Position numbers and translations under genes: made by a program | Shown here: in pieces, positions 15,572 through 24,000 of the stretch | How the letters are laid out: each line of letters starts with the position of its first letter | Numbering within the stretch: the stretch's first letter is position 1 | Origin: an uncultured Alphaproteobacteria bacterium | GTDB lineage: Bacteria; Pseudomonadota; Alphaproteobacteria; Rhizobiales; Methyloligellaceae | Direction: 5' to 3' | DNA length: 24,000 nucleotides | NCBI GenBank assembly: GCA_963732955.1 | Contig: CAVTBH010000003.1 | Coordinates: 383,727-407,726, forward strand | Notes under the pieces: generated by a model | Databases searched by the model: none | What the model was told of the DNA's origin: nothing | The model's input: the letters and a program-made list of their open reading frames with translations, nothing else

Positions 15572-15755
15572 AACGTCCCGCTGAATCTTCTCAGGCTTCC
15601 CGCCCGGGGTGCCGATCGAGACAGGCTCCCAAAGTCTCTCACTACGTTTGGACTAATTGCCAATAGGCCGTTCCGGCGGGCGTACTAGACTGCGGCCTCG
15701 CGCGAGATGAGCGTCGTAAGAGCTCCTCGTCGCTGCCCCCTGGGAGGAGAAATTC

Positions 15756-17300
15756 ATGCAACTTATTGTAACGCCAGAAACTCCGGCCTCCGCGCTTGAG
15801 CGCGTCGGCGGCCAGATCAAGGTCCGCAACCGCTACGACAATTTCATCGGGGGTGAATGGGTCGCCCCGGTGAAAGGCCAATATTTCGATAACCCCACGC
15901 CGATCAGCGGCGAGATCATTTGCTCCGTCGCGCGTTCGACCGCCGAGGACATCGAGAAAGCGCTCGATGCCGCTCACGCCGCGGCGCCGGCATGGGGCAA
16001 GGCGTCGCCGACCGAGCGCGCAGCAGTTCTGTTCAAGATCGCCGACCGCCTCGAAGCCAACCTCGCCGACCTTGCCACCATCGAGACCATCGATAACGGC
16101 AAGCCAATCCGCGAGACCATGGCTGCCGACCTGCCGCTCGCCGTCGACCAGATCCGCTATTTCGCGAGCTGCATCCGTACGCAGGAAGGCTCGCTGTCGG
16201 AGATCGACGAGACCACCATCGCCTATCACTACCACGAGCCGCTCGGCGTCGTCGGCCAGATCATTCCCTGGAACTTCCCGATGCTGATGGCGGTCTGGAA
16301 GATCGCTCCGGCACTTGCAGCCGGCAACTGCGTCGTCCTGAAGCCGGCCGAGCAGACGCCGATGGGCATCATGGTGATCGTCGATCTGATCGCCGATCTG
16401 CTGCCGCCAGGCGTGCTGAACGTCGTCAACGGTTTCGGCATCGAAGCCGGCAAGCCGCTCGCCTCGAATCCGCGCATCGCCAAGATCGCCTTCACCGGCG
16501 AGACCACGACGGGCCGGCTGATCATGCAATACGCGGCCGAGAACATTATCCCGGTCACGCTCGAGCTCGGTGGCAAGTCGCCGAACATCTTCTTCGCCGA
16601 CGTACTCGACGCCGACGACGATTTCTTCGACAAGGCCCTCGAGGGCTTCACCATGTTCGCCCTCAATCAGGGCGAGGTCTGCACCTGCCCGTCCCGCGCG
16701 CTGGTGCAGGAGTTGATCTACGACGCCTTCATCGAGCGCGTGCTCGAGCGGGTCAAGAAGATCACCCAAGGCAATCCTCTCGATCCGACCACGATGGTCG
16801 GGGCCCAGGCCTCTTCCGACCAGCTCGAGAAGATCCTGTCCTATATCAGCATCGGCAAGGATGAGGGCGCCAAGGTCCTGACCGGCGGCAACAAGGCCGA
16901 CATCGGCCGCGGCTTCGAGAATGGCTTCTATGTCGAGCCGACGGTGTTCACGGGCCACAACCGGATGCGGATCTTCCAGGAGGAGATCTTCGGCCCGGTC
17001 GTCTCGGTGACTACCTTCAAGACCGAGGACGAGGCGCTCAGTCTCGCCAACGACACGCTTTACGGTCTCGGCGCGGGCGTGTGGACGCGCGACCTCAACA
17101 CCGCCTACCGCATGGGCCGCGGCATCAAGGCCGGGCGCGTGTGGACCAACTGCTATCATCTCTATCCGGCTCATGCCGCGTTCGGCGGCTACAAGAAGTC
17201 GGGCGTCGGGCGCGAGACGCACAAGATGATGCTCGATCACTATCAGCAGACCAAGAACGTCCTGGTCAGCTACAGCCCAAAGGCGCTTGGGTTCTTCTGA
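15756..17300 (+). CDS. NAD-dependent aldehyde dehydrogenase (ExaC/AcoD-like acetaldehyde dehydrogenase)
   Basis: 514-aa ORF with a [34 protein letters not shown] matches the ExaC-type N-terminus. Also ELGGKSPNI and the catalytic-region [11 protein letters not shown]. Confidence 0.9.
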   Translation: MQLIVTPETPASALERVGGQIKVRNRYDNFIGGEWVAPVKGQYFDNPTPISGEIICSVARSTAEDIEKALDAAHAAAPAWGKASPTERAAVLFKIADRLEANLADLATIETIDNGKPIRETMAADLPLAVDQIRYFASCIRTQEGSLSEIDETTIAYHYHEPLGVVGQIIPWNFPMLMAVWKIAPALAAGNCVVLKPAEQTPMGIMVIVDLIADLLPPGVLNVVNGFGIEAGKPLASNPRIAKIAFTGETTTGRLIMQYAAENIIPVTLELGGKSPNIFFADVLDADDDFFDKALEGFTMFALNQGEVCTCPSRALVQELIYDAFIERVLERVKKITQGNPLDPTTMVGAQASSDQLEKILSYISIGKDEGAKVLTGGNKADIGRGFENGFYVEPTVFTGHNRMRIFQEEIFGPVVSVTTFKTEDEALSLANDTLYGLGAGVWTRDLNTAYRMGRGIKAGRVWTNCYHLYPAHAAFGGYKKSGVGRETHKMMLDHYQQTKNVLVSYSPKALGFF

Positions 17301-17316
17301 GCCTTAGCGTTCCTCC

Positions 17317-17362
17317 CGCGGGACGGAAGATCGGACCAGTCTCCCAGATCTTCCGTCCCGCG
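17317..17362 (+). promoter_or_regulatory. Perfect 16-bp stem-loop between the aldehyde dehydrogenase and DUF779 genes
   Basis: CGCGGGACGGAAGATC (17317-17332), a 14-nt loop, then GATCTTCCGTCCCGCG (17347-17362). There is no downstream T-tract, so it is not a canonical intrinsic terminator. Confidence 0.6.
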
Positions 17363-17383
17363 TCTCCCGGGGCAGAGGCTTTC

Positions 17384-17803
17384 ATGACGGTTACGCGAGT
17401 CTCCCATACGGACGCTGCGTCGCGGCTGATCGACAAGCTGCGCGGCATGCACGGCGACCTGATGTTTCATCAGTCAGGCGGTTGCTGCGACGGCAGCGCG
17501 CCGATGTGCTACCCGCTCGGCGAGTTTCGCGTCGGCCATGGCGACGTGTATCTCGGCGCGATCGACGGCTGCCCGTTCTATATGTCCGCGGACCAATTTG
17601 AGTATTGGCGGCATACGCATCTGATCATCGATGCCGTCCCCGGCCGCGGCGCCGGATTCTCGCTGGAGGCGCCGGAAGGCATGCGTTTCCTGACGCGCTC
17701 GCGCCTGTTTAGCGATGCCGAGCTCGACGAACTCGACCGCTGCGGCCCTGCGCCGCGGGGATCCGAGGCCATGGCAACAATAAGGGCGGGCGAAACCGTC
17801 TGA
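17384..17803 (+). CDS. DUF779 family protein (usual partner of ExaC-type aldehyde dehydrogenases)
   Basis: The ATG at 17384 gives 139 aa. GDLMFHQSGGCCDGS, CYP, GCPFYM and QFEYW are DUF779 hallmarks. It sits directly downstream of the aldehyde dehydrogenase. Confidence 0.85.
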   Translation: MTVTRVSHTDAASRLIDKLRGMHGDLMFHQSGGCCDGSAPMCYPLGEFRVGHGDVYLGAIDGCPFYMSADQFEYWRHTHLIIDAVPGRGAGFSLEAPEGMRFLTRSRLFSDAELDELDRCGPAPRGSEAMATIRAGETV

Positions 17804-17902
17804 ACCGCAACGTCTTCTCTCACCATGATCGGTTTCTAGCGACTGATTGCGTCAGCCTGCGGGTTGACCGCTAAGGTCAGGCCCACGCACACTGACAGCA
17901 CC

Positions 17903-19495
17903 ATGACCGCTAAGCTCAGCATTCTCATCGCAGATCCCATCCACGACGAAGGCGTAAGCTTCCTCACCGGCCGGGACGCGTTCCGCTGCGACATCGTCAA
18001 GGACCTCACCGAGCCCGAGCTCATCGACCGCATCCCGGGCTATCACGCCCTGATCGTGCGTTCGAAGACGAAGGTGACGCGAGCGGTGATCAATGCCGGA
18101 AGCGATCTCAAAGCCATCGGCCGCGCCGGCATCGGCGTCGACAACATCGACGTTGCTGCCGCGACAGAGCAAGGCATCGTTGTCTTCAACACGCCTGACG
18201 CCAACGCGACGACCACCGCCGAGCTGACCATCGCCCACCTGCTGTCGCTCAGCCGCCACCTGCCGCAGGCAGACCGTTCGACGCGCCAGGGGGAATGGCG
18301 GCCGACGCATTTCGTCGGCACCGAGATCGCGGGCAAGACGATTGGCATCGTCGGCTTCGGCACCATCGGACGGCTGGTGGCCGAGCGGGCCCGCGGGCTG
18401 AAGATGACGGTGCTCGCTTACGATCCCTTCGTCACCGCGGAGAGCATGGCGGAGGCCGGCGCCGAGCCGGTCGATCTCGATGCGCTGCTCGCGCGCGCCG
18501 ACTATGTGACGCTGCATTGCCCGCTGTCGGAAAAAACGCGGCACCTCATCGACGACGCCCGACTGCGGCAGATGAAGCCCGGCGCGCGTCTCATCAATTG
18601 CGCTCGGGGCGGCCTCATCGACGAACAGGCGCTCTACCAAGCGCTCACGGACGGGCGCCTCGCCGGAGCTGCGCTCGACGTCTACGCCGCCGAGCCGCCG
18701 GCCGCGTCGGCCCTACTCGCGCTCGATACTGTGGTGCTGACCCCCCATCTTGGCGCCTCGACCCGAGAAGCGCAGCAGGCGGTCAGCCTCCGCATCGCCG
18801 AGGACCTCGCCAATTTCCTGGAGACCGGCGCGGCCCAGTCCGCCGTCAACCTGCCCTTCATCGCCAGCGAGCAATTCGGTCGGTCGCGGCCCTACCAGGC
18901 GCTCGCCTATTCTCTCGGCAGGTTGCTCGGGGCCATCGCCGAAGGGCCCGTCGAGGAAGTGGTGGTGCGGCTGTTCGGCCGTGTGGCCGAGCTCGACCCG
19001 CGCCCCATCACCGCGGAAGCCCTGGTCGGGCTGTTGAGCAAGCGCCTCACCGGCCGCGTCAATCGCGTCAACGCCGCGCACCTTGCCCATCGCCAAGGCA
19101 TTGCCATCAGGGAGTTGCGGTCGGAGGACGTGCAGGACTATCTCTCGCTGGTGGAAGTCAGCGCTACGGTGGGCGCCAGCGCCGTCACCGTTGCCGGTAC
19201 GCTGCTTGGCGGCTTTCATCCGCGCCTCGTTCGCATCGACGGTCATGACGTCGAAGCCGTGCTCGAGGGGCGCCTGTTGTTCACCCGCCACGAAGACCGC
19301 CCGGGCGTGGTCGGGGCCCTCGGCGGCATCCTGGGACGGGAAAACATCAACATCACGCGCATGCAGGTCGGCATGGTCGAGGGCAGCACGCTCGCCATCG
19401 CCTTAGTCGGAATCTCCGCGCCCCTGCCCCCGGCGGCGCTCGCCGAGATCAGGGCGCTGCCCGCGATCAAGCAGGCGATCGAGATCGAGCCATGA
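17903..19495 (+). CDS. serA: D-3-phosphoglycerate dehydrogenase, long form with C-terminal ASB/ACT regulatory domains
   Basis: The ATG at 17903 gives 530 aa. [14 protein letters not shown] is the NAD-binding motif. A C-terminal ACT-like segment ([22 protein letters not shown]) is present. Confidence 0.9.
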   Translation: MTAKLSILIADPIHDEGVSFLTGRDAFRCDIVKDLTEPELIDRIPGYHALIVRSKTKVTRAVINAGSDLKAIGRAGIGVDNIDVAAATEQGIVVFNTPDANATTTAELTIAHLLSLSRHLPQADRSTRQGEWRPTHFVGTEIAGKTIGIVGFGTIGRLVAERARGLKMTVLAYDPFVTAESMAEAGAEPVDLDALLARADYVTLHCPLSEKTRHLIDDARLRQMKPGARLINCARGGLIDEQALYQALTDGRLAGAALDVYAAEPPAASALLALDTVVLTPHLGASTREAQQAVSLRIAEDLANFLETGAAQSAVNLPFIASEQFGRSRPYQALAYSLGRLLGAIAEGPVEEVVVRLFGRVAELDPRPITAEALVGLLSKRLTGRVNRVNAAHLAHRQGIAIRELRSEDVQDYLSLVEVSATVGASAVTVAGTLLGGFHPRLVRIDGHDVEAVLEGRLLFTRHEDRPGVVGALGGILGRENINITRMQVGMVEGSTLAIALVGISAPLPPAALAEIRALPAIKQAIEIEP

Positions 19496-20685
19496 CACGC
19501 GCCCTTCCCGTCGACACGCGGCCCAAGCCTAAACTCCGCCCCGCCAATCCGTTGTTCTCGTCGGGGCCATGCGCCAAGCGGCCGGGCTGGACGCCGGCTG
19601 TGCTCGGCGACGCTCTTCTCGGACGCTCGCATCGTTCCCCGGAGGGCAAGGCACGGCTGAAGCTCGCCCTCGACAAGACGAGAGCGCTGCTGCGGCTTCC
19701 GGCCGAATACCGGATCGGCATCGTGCCGGGCTCCGATACCGGCGCCTTCGAGATGGCGATGTGGTCGCTGCTCGGTAGCCGCGGCGTCGATGTTCTCGTA
19801 TGGGAAAGCTTCAGCGCCGGCTGGGCCACCGACATCACCAAGCATCTCAAGCTGAAGGACGTCAGGGTGCTGGATGCGCCCTACGGCGCGCTGCCCGATC
19901 TCGCCAAGGTCGATTTCGATCGCGACGTGGTATTCGCCTGGAACGGCACGACCTCGGGCGTCCGCGTCCCCGATGCCGACTGGATTCCGCGCGATCGCGC
20001 CGGCCTCACTTTGGTCGATGCCACCTCTGCCGCGTTCGCCCAACCAATCGACTGGGCCAAGACCGACGTCGCCACGTTCTCCTGGCAGAAGGTGCTGGGC
20101 GGGGAAGCCGCTCACGGCATGCTAATCTTGAGCCCGCGCGCGGTCGAGCGGCTCGAGCGCTACGCGCCGCCATGGCCGCTGCCGAAGCTGTTTCGCCTGA
20201 CCAAGAGGGGTAAGCTCGATGCCTCGATCTTCGACGGGGGGGCCATCAACACGCCATCGATGCTGTGCGTCGAGGACTATCTCGATACCCTGGCCTGGGC
20301 CGAGAGTATCGGCGGCATCGACGCCTTGTTCGCGCGGGCCGACGCCAATGCACGCGTGATCTTCGACTGGATCGAACGCACCCCTTGGGTTGCCAATCTC
20401 GCCGCGGACCCGGCGACGCGCTCCAACACCTCGGTGTGCCTCAGCATCGTCGACCCCGCCGTCACCGCGCTTCCCGCCGAGCTGCAAGAGCGCATCGCCA
20501 AGACCATGGCGGTACTGCTCGACAAGGAAGGCGTCGCCAAGGACATCGGCTCTTATCGCGACGCGCCTCCCGGCTTGCGCATCTGGACCGGGGCAACGGT
20601 CGAGGCCGCGGATCTCGCAGCGCTGACGCCGTGGCTCGACTGGGCTTTCTCCGAGGCGGTCGCCGTGGTTTACCAAGCACGGTGA
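19492..20685 (+). CDS. serC: Phosphoserine aminotransferase (long alphaproteobacterial type)
   Basis: 397-aa [20 protein letters not shown] is the typical N-terminus of this SerC type. [10 protein letters not shown] contains the PLP-Lys region. The start overlaps the serA stop (ATGA), suggesting translational coupling. Confidence 0.85.
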   Translation: MTRALPVDTRPKPKLRPANPLFSSGPCAKRPGWTPAVLGDALLGRSHRSPEGKARLKLALDKTRALLRLPAEYRIGIVPGSDTGAFEMAMWSLLGSRGVDVLVWESFSAGWATDITKHLKLKDVRVLDAPYGALPDLAKVDFDRDVVFAWNGTTSGVRVPDADWIPRDRAGLTLVDATSAAFAQPIDWAKTDVATFSWQKVLGGEAAHGMLILSPRAVERLERYAPPWPLPKLFRLTKRGKLDASIFDGGAINTPSMLCVEDYLDTLAWAESIGGIDALFARADANARVIFDWIERTPWVANLAADPATRSNTSVCLSIVDPAVTALPAELQERIAKTMAVLLDKEGVAKDIGSYRDAPPGLRIWTGATVEAADLAALTPWLDWAFSEAVAVVYQAR

Positions 20686-20728
20686 TCTCCCTTTTTCTCT
20701 CTGACCGTCTCCCAAGACTGTCCAACTC

Positions 20729-20757
20729 GAGAGCGGATATACTCCGCTCTCTTTTTT
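20729..20757 (+). terminator. Rho-independent terminator after serC
   Basis: GAGAGCGGA tatac TCCGCTCTC (9-bp perfect stem) is followed by TTTTTT (20752-20757). Confidence 0.8.
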
Positions 20758-20782
20758 ATGAGCTAGCGGCGGGCCAAGACCC

Positions 20783-21472
20783 ATGAACCAGCAGCAACCG
20801 AAATTCGACGCCGTCTGCTTCGATTGCGACAGCACCTTGAGCCGGATCGAGGGCATCGACGAGCTCGCCGCGCGCTCTGGGCTCGGGCGCGAGATCGCCG
20901 TTATGACCGAAGCCGCGATGAACGGATCGCTCCCAATTGATGCCGTCTACGCCGAGCGGCTTGCCGCGGTCCGGCCCGATCAGGCGACGGTCGCCTGGCT
21001 CGGCCAGCGCTATGTCGAGGAGTTGGTCCCCGGCGCGAAAGATACGGTGGACGCGCTGCATCGGCTCGGCAAGGCGGTCTATGTCGTGAGCGGAGGCCTG
21101 TTGCCCGCGATCCGGCATCTCGGCTGGTTCCTCGGCATCCCCGCCGCGCGCGTGTTCGCGGTGCCGATCCAGTTCGATGCGAGCGGCGCCTATCGGAGCT
21201 TTGACGAGACGTCGCCGCTGTCGCGGGCGGAGGGCAAGGCGATGATCTGCCGCCACCTCGCGGCGCAGCACGCCGCGATTGCCATGGTCGGCGACGGAAT
21301 GACCGATGTCGCCGCCCGGGGCGCCGGCGCCTATGTCGTCGGCTTCGGCGGCGTCGCTCGTCGCGACGCCGTGGCGAGGGCGGCCGATCGCTACATCACC
21401 GAATCCACGCTGACGGCGACACTCGAGGTGCTGTTGACCGAGGACGAGCGCGACGCGCTCGCCCGCCTTTGA
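20783..21472 (+). CDS. serB: HAD-IB hydrolase, probable phosphoserine phosphatase
   Basis: 229-aa ORF. The DxDxT motif FDCDSTL lies near the N-terminus, with later GDGMTD (motif IV-like). Context is next to serA-serC. Weak RBS. Confidence 0.65.
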   Translation: MNQQQPKFDAVCFDCDSTLSRIEGIDELAARSGLGREIAVMTEAAMNGSLPIDAVYAERLAAVRPDQATVAWLGQRYVEELVPGAKDTVDALHRLGKAVYVVSGGLLPAIRHLGWFLGIPAARVFAVPIQFDASGAYRSFDETSPLSRAEGKAMICRHLAAQHAAIAMVGDGMTDVAARGAGAYVVGFGGVARRDAVARAADRYITESTLTATLEVLLTEDERDALARL

Positions 21473-21489
21473 TGCAAGGGGAGAAAGCT

Positions 21490-22167
21490 CTAGCCGAGCT
21501 GCTTCAACAACTCGCGCGCGGCTTCCGCCGATGACGCCGGATTCTGACCGGTGATCAAGAGGCCGTCGGCCACGACGTGCGGTTGCCAGTCCGCGCCCTT
21601 GGAATAGGTCCCGCCGCGCGCTTGCAGCATGTCCTCGACCAGGAAGGGCACGATCTCGGTCAGGCCCACCGCGGCCTCTTCGCTGTTGGCGAAGCCGGTG
21701 ACCGACTTGCCTTGCACGAGCGGCTTGCCGTCCGGCGCCTTAACGTGGCGCAGCACGGCTGGCGCGTGGCAGACCGCGGCGACCGGCTTGCCGGCCGCGA
21801 TGGTGCGTTCGATCAGCCCGATCGAGGATGGGTCTTCGGCGAGATCCCAAAGCGGACCATGGCCGCCCGGATAGAACACCGCGTCGAAGTCGCCGGGCGA
21901 AACCTCGGACAGTTTGCACGTTGCGGCGAGCGCCGCCTTGGCCTCGGGATCGGCCTCGAAGCGGCGCGTGTCGTCGGTCTGGAACGCCGGGTCGTTGCTC
22001 TTCGGATCGAGCGGCGGTTGACCGCCCTTCGGCGACGCCAGGGTGACATCGGCGCCCGCGTCCTTGAACACGTAATAGGGCGCCGCCAGTTCCTCGAGCC
22101 AGAACCCGGTCGGCTCGCCGGTATCGCCGAGCTTTCCGTGCGAGGTGAGTACCATCAGGATTTTCAT
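21490..22167 (-). CDS. DJ-1/PfpI-family (type 1 glutamine amidotransferase-like) protein
   Basis: 225-aa ORF. MKILMVLTSH..., the nucleophile elbow AAVCHAPAVL and the C-terminal LITGQNPASS are typical of this family. Confidence 0.85.
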   Translation of the reverse strand: MKILMVLTSHGKLGDTGEPTGFWLEELAAPYYVFKDAGADVTLASPKGGQPPLDPKSNDPAFQTDDTRRFEADPEAKAALAATCKLSEVSPGDFDAVFYPGGHGPLWDLAEDPSSIGLIERTIAAGKPVAAVCHAPAVLRHVKAPDGKPLVQGKSVTGFANSEEAAVGLTEIVPFLVEDMLQARGGTYSKGADWQPHVVADGLLITGQNPASSAEAARELLKQLG

Positions 22168-22373
22168 GCGCGGTCCTTTTCAAAGCGAAGGCGGCGCCCC
22201 CCGAAGAGGCGCGGTTCGCAACATGCTGCTGTTCGGTTTTGAATTGGTGTCGTCCGGACCGGGGGCAGGTCCCAAGGACGGCATCTTACCGTGCCCGGTC
22301 GGCGAAGGGAGTAGTTTTACGTTCGACCAAGGTACAAGTTGACCTCTCTCCGGGGGCGTGGCTAGCCTCGTTA

Positions 22374-22760
22374 ATGATTAGCTTGGGGGCATTGCATCGG
22401 CGGCGCCGAAGCGTCGCCAGGATTGCGCTTATCGGCATGGCTTTTTATGCCGTGCTCATCCCCTGGCACACCGTCTCCCAAGCCATCACCCCGCTTCTTG
22501 CCGCCGCGGAGGTCCTTACCGCACCCTGTCATGACCATGGGGCAGCGCCGGAAGGCCAGTCGGGGCCCGGCAAGTCGCGAACCAATTGCCCGATCTGCAA
22601 GGGGTTGGGCACGCTGAATCTCGCCACGGCGGCCCAGGCGTTCCTGGTCATCGCCAATGTCGCCGAGAGCACGCCCCTGCCGCAGGCACCGGACGAAGAT
22701 CTCGTGCCGGGAGAAGACGTTACACCGCAGAGCCGCGGTCCCCCTCTCCTCTCCATCTAG
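22374..22760 (+). CDS. DUF2946-like small membrane-anchored Cys/His protein (putative copper-related)
   Basis: The ATG at 22374 gives about 128 aa. An RRR-rich N-terminus is followed by one hydrophobic helix (IALIGMAFYAVLIPW), then CHDH and CPIC motifs. The family call is from memory of DUF2946 architecture, and the start is uncertain. Confidence 0.45.
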   Translation: MISLGALHRRRRSVARIALIGMAFYAVLIPWHTVSQAITPLLAAAEVLTAPCHDHGAAPEGQSGPGKSRTNCPICKGLGTLNLATAAQAFLVIANVAESTPLPQAPDEDLVPGEDVTPQSRGPPLLSI

Positions 22761-22865
22761 TTCCAACCTCCCCCACCTCGCCGACACGCCCTGCTGGTCG
22801 GCAGTCGTTTAGCCCCGCGTCTGCACCCGCTTTGCGGTGCGCGGATCGCGGTATTGGAGGGACAC

Positions 22866-23825
22866 ATGGAGAGATCACAGCTTTACCGAATTGCCGCGCT
22901 GGCTTTGCTTGGCTGCGCGGTATCGGGTTCGGCAAGTGCCCATTGCATTATCGGCAATCGGTTCTTTCCGGCGACCTTGGCCATCGACGATCCTTGCGTT
23001 GCCGACGAATTGTCGCTGCCGACGATCGCCGGCTTCAAGAACGGCGACGATCCGTCGGCGCAGGAGCTGGACGTCTCGGGAGAGTATTCGAAGACGATCA
23101 CCGAGAATTTCGGTGTGTCCTTCGAGGAAGCCTGGATCCATCTCGACACCCCGGGCGAAGGCACCCACTCGGGCTTCGACAATCTCGGCACGAGCTTCAA
23201 GTATCAGTTCGTGCGGGACGCCGCGGGCGAGCAGGCGATGTCGATCGCCCTCGACGTCGATTGGGGCGGCACCGGCAGCAAATCCGTCGATGCCGAGTCC
23301 TTCACCACTCTGGTGCCGACGCTGTTCTACGGCAAAGGCTTCGGCTTTATGCCGGACTCGGTCGCGTTCCTGAAGCCGTTCGCGGTGACGGCCCAGCTCG
23401 GCTATGCGATCCCGACCAAGTCATCCGTCACCGAGGTCGATGAGGACACGGGGCTTCCGGGCCAGGCGCCCAATCCGCGGGTCCTCGTCTGGGGCGGCAC
23501 GCTGCAATACAGCATGCCCTACCTCAAGTCGTCGGTTCGCGATCTCGGCCTGCCCGGCTTCATCAACCGCCTCATTCCGCTGGTGGAACTCGATTTAGAG
23601 TCGGAAGTCGCGAATTTCGACGGCGGGGAACGCACCACCGGCACCGTCAATCCCGGCTTGCTCTATGTGGGCGACAAGTTCCAGCTGGGCGCCGAGGCCA
23701 TCATTCCGATCAATCGCGCCAGCGGCGATAACGTCGGCGTTATCGGCCAGCTTCATCTCTATCTCGACGACATCTTTCCGAACTCGCTCGGCAAGCCGCT
23801 GTTTCAGACAGCGTTGCGCCAATAG
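22866..23825 (+). CDS. Secreted beta-strand-rich protein, putative outer-membrane beta-barrel channel (MetA/phenol-degradation 'transporter'-like)
   Basis: The ATG at 22866 is preceded by GGAGGG (the track start at 22854 is TTG). Signal peptide ends GSASA, then HCIIGNRFFP. Alternating hydrophobic strands run throughout (FGVSFEEAWIHL, AMSIALDVDW, FAVTAQLGYAI, VLVWGGTLQYS, VIGQLHLYLD). The C-terminus is not the classic aromatic residue, so the barrel assignment is tentative. Confidence 0.45.
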   Translation: MERSQLYRIAALALLGCAVSGSASAHCIIGNRFFPATLAIDDPCVADELSLPTIAGFKNGDDPSAQELDVSGEYSKTITENFGVSFEEAWIHLDTPGEGTHSGFDNLGTSFKYQFVRDAAGEQAMSIALDVDWGGTGSKSVDAESFTTLVPTLFYGKGFGFMPDSVAFLKPFAVTAQLGYAIPTKSSVTEVDEDTGLPGQAPNPRVLVWGGTLQYSMPYLKSSVRDLGLPGFINRLIPLVELDLESEVANFDGGERTTGTVNPGLLYVGDKFQLGAEAIIPINRASGDNVGVIGQLHLYLDDIFPNSLGKPLFQTALRQ

Positions 23826-23837
23826 GGGTCACGAGCC

Positions 23838-24000
23838 ATGCGCAAGTTCAATCTGATCGCCTTTGTGTTACCTTTGATTATCGCCTCTGCGGCTCAGGCC
23901 CATGCCATGCTCGACCACGCCAACCCCCCGGTCGGCAGCACGGTGGCGCGGTCGCCTGGCCAGGTCACGCTGACCTTTACCCAACAGCTCGAGCCCAAGT
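23838..24000 (+). CDS. copC: Second CopC-family copper-binding protein, 5' partial (runs off the window)
   Basis: Own translation from 23838 gives MRKFNLIAFVLPLIIASAAQA HAMLDHANPPVGSTVARSPGQVTLTFTQQLEPK. This is a signal peptide followed by a mature N-terminal His and the CopC pattern H-x-x-L...P...G...P..V.L.F. It is not in the ORF track because no stop lies within the window. Confidence 0.7.
   Translation, partial: MRKFNLIAFVLPLIIASAAQAHAMLDHANPPVGSTVARSPGQVTLTFTQQLEPK

Noticed and set aside
13516-15668. Shared 10-mer TTTGGACTAA (followed by CCAAT) upstream of both prpE (about 13518) and the aldehyde dehydrogenase gene (about 15644)
   Set aside because: A 10-mer is expected to recur by chance many times in 24 kb. 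Neither copy fits sigma-54 spacing (GG to GC is too short) or a sigma-70 -35/-10 pair. It is noted but not strong enough to call a site.
15642-17240. 532-aa ORF on the minus strand, antisense to the aldehyde dehydrogenase gene
   Set aside because: It lies entirely opposite a strongly recognisable aldehyde dehydrogenase CDS. Its Arg/Ala/Gly/Asp/Leu-rich, motif-free translation is typical of stop-poor off-frames in GC-rich DNA.
17852-20856. Several long ORFs (17852..18640 -, 18295..19248 +, 18713..19291 -, 19243..20115 -, 20122..20856 -) overlapping serA/serC
   Set aside because: All are alternative or antisense frames of clearly identifiable serA and serC. Their translations are Arg/Gly/Pro/Ala-rich and carry no domain signatures.
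1-24000. Mobile elements, tRNA/rRNA genes, phage or defence-system genes
   Set aside because: No transposase-, integrase- or recombinase-like ORF was found. No tRNA T-loop-like GGTTCGAATCC motif and no rRNA-like sequence was seen by eye. No nuclease, ATPase or methylase defence signatures are present, and the gene content is metabolic and metal-homeostasis related.

Overview
GC-rich window that looks alphaproteobacterial (Rhizobiales/Hyphomicrobiales-like; inference from protein types only). No rRNA, tRNA, CRISPR array, transposase or integrase was recognised. The main feature is a long co-directional minus-strand cluster (about 9728 down to 2). It contains an OmpW/AlkL-family porin, a long leader, and a divergent copper membrane monooxygenase operon in C-A-B order (pmoCAB/amoCAB-like, all known Cu ligands conserved). 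These are followed by a PmoD-like membrane-anchored protein, an exported PHB-depolymerase-family esterase lipoprotein, CopC, a CopD fused to a c-type cytochrome and a cysteine-less peroxiredoxin-like domain, a secreted protein with a His/Asp-rich tail, and a GFA-family protein. The centre holds two small Fe-S-type genes that share a duplicated upstream element, and a FIST sensor protein. It also holds a C2/C3 acid/aldehyde module: a frameshifted acuI/yhdH-like reductase divergent from prpE, then aldehyde dehydrogenase plus DUF779. The right side has a serA-serC-(terminator)-serB cluster and a DJ-1/PfpI protein. It ends with a second putative copper-handling cluster (DUF2946-like protein, outer-membrane beta-barrel, second CopC cut by the window end). 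The most interesting candidate system is the divergent CuMMO with its unusual co-directional accessory genes. Its substrate (methane, ammonia or short-chain hydrocarbon) cannot be read from the sequence. All family assignments rest on motif recognition by eye, since no database search was possible.
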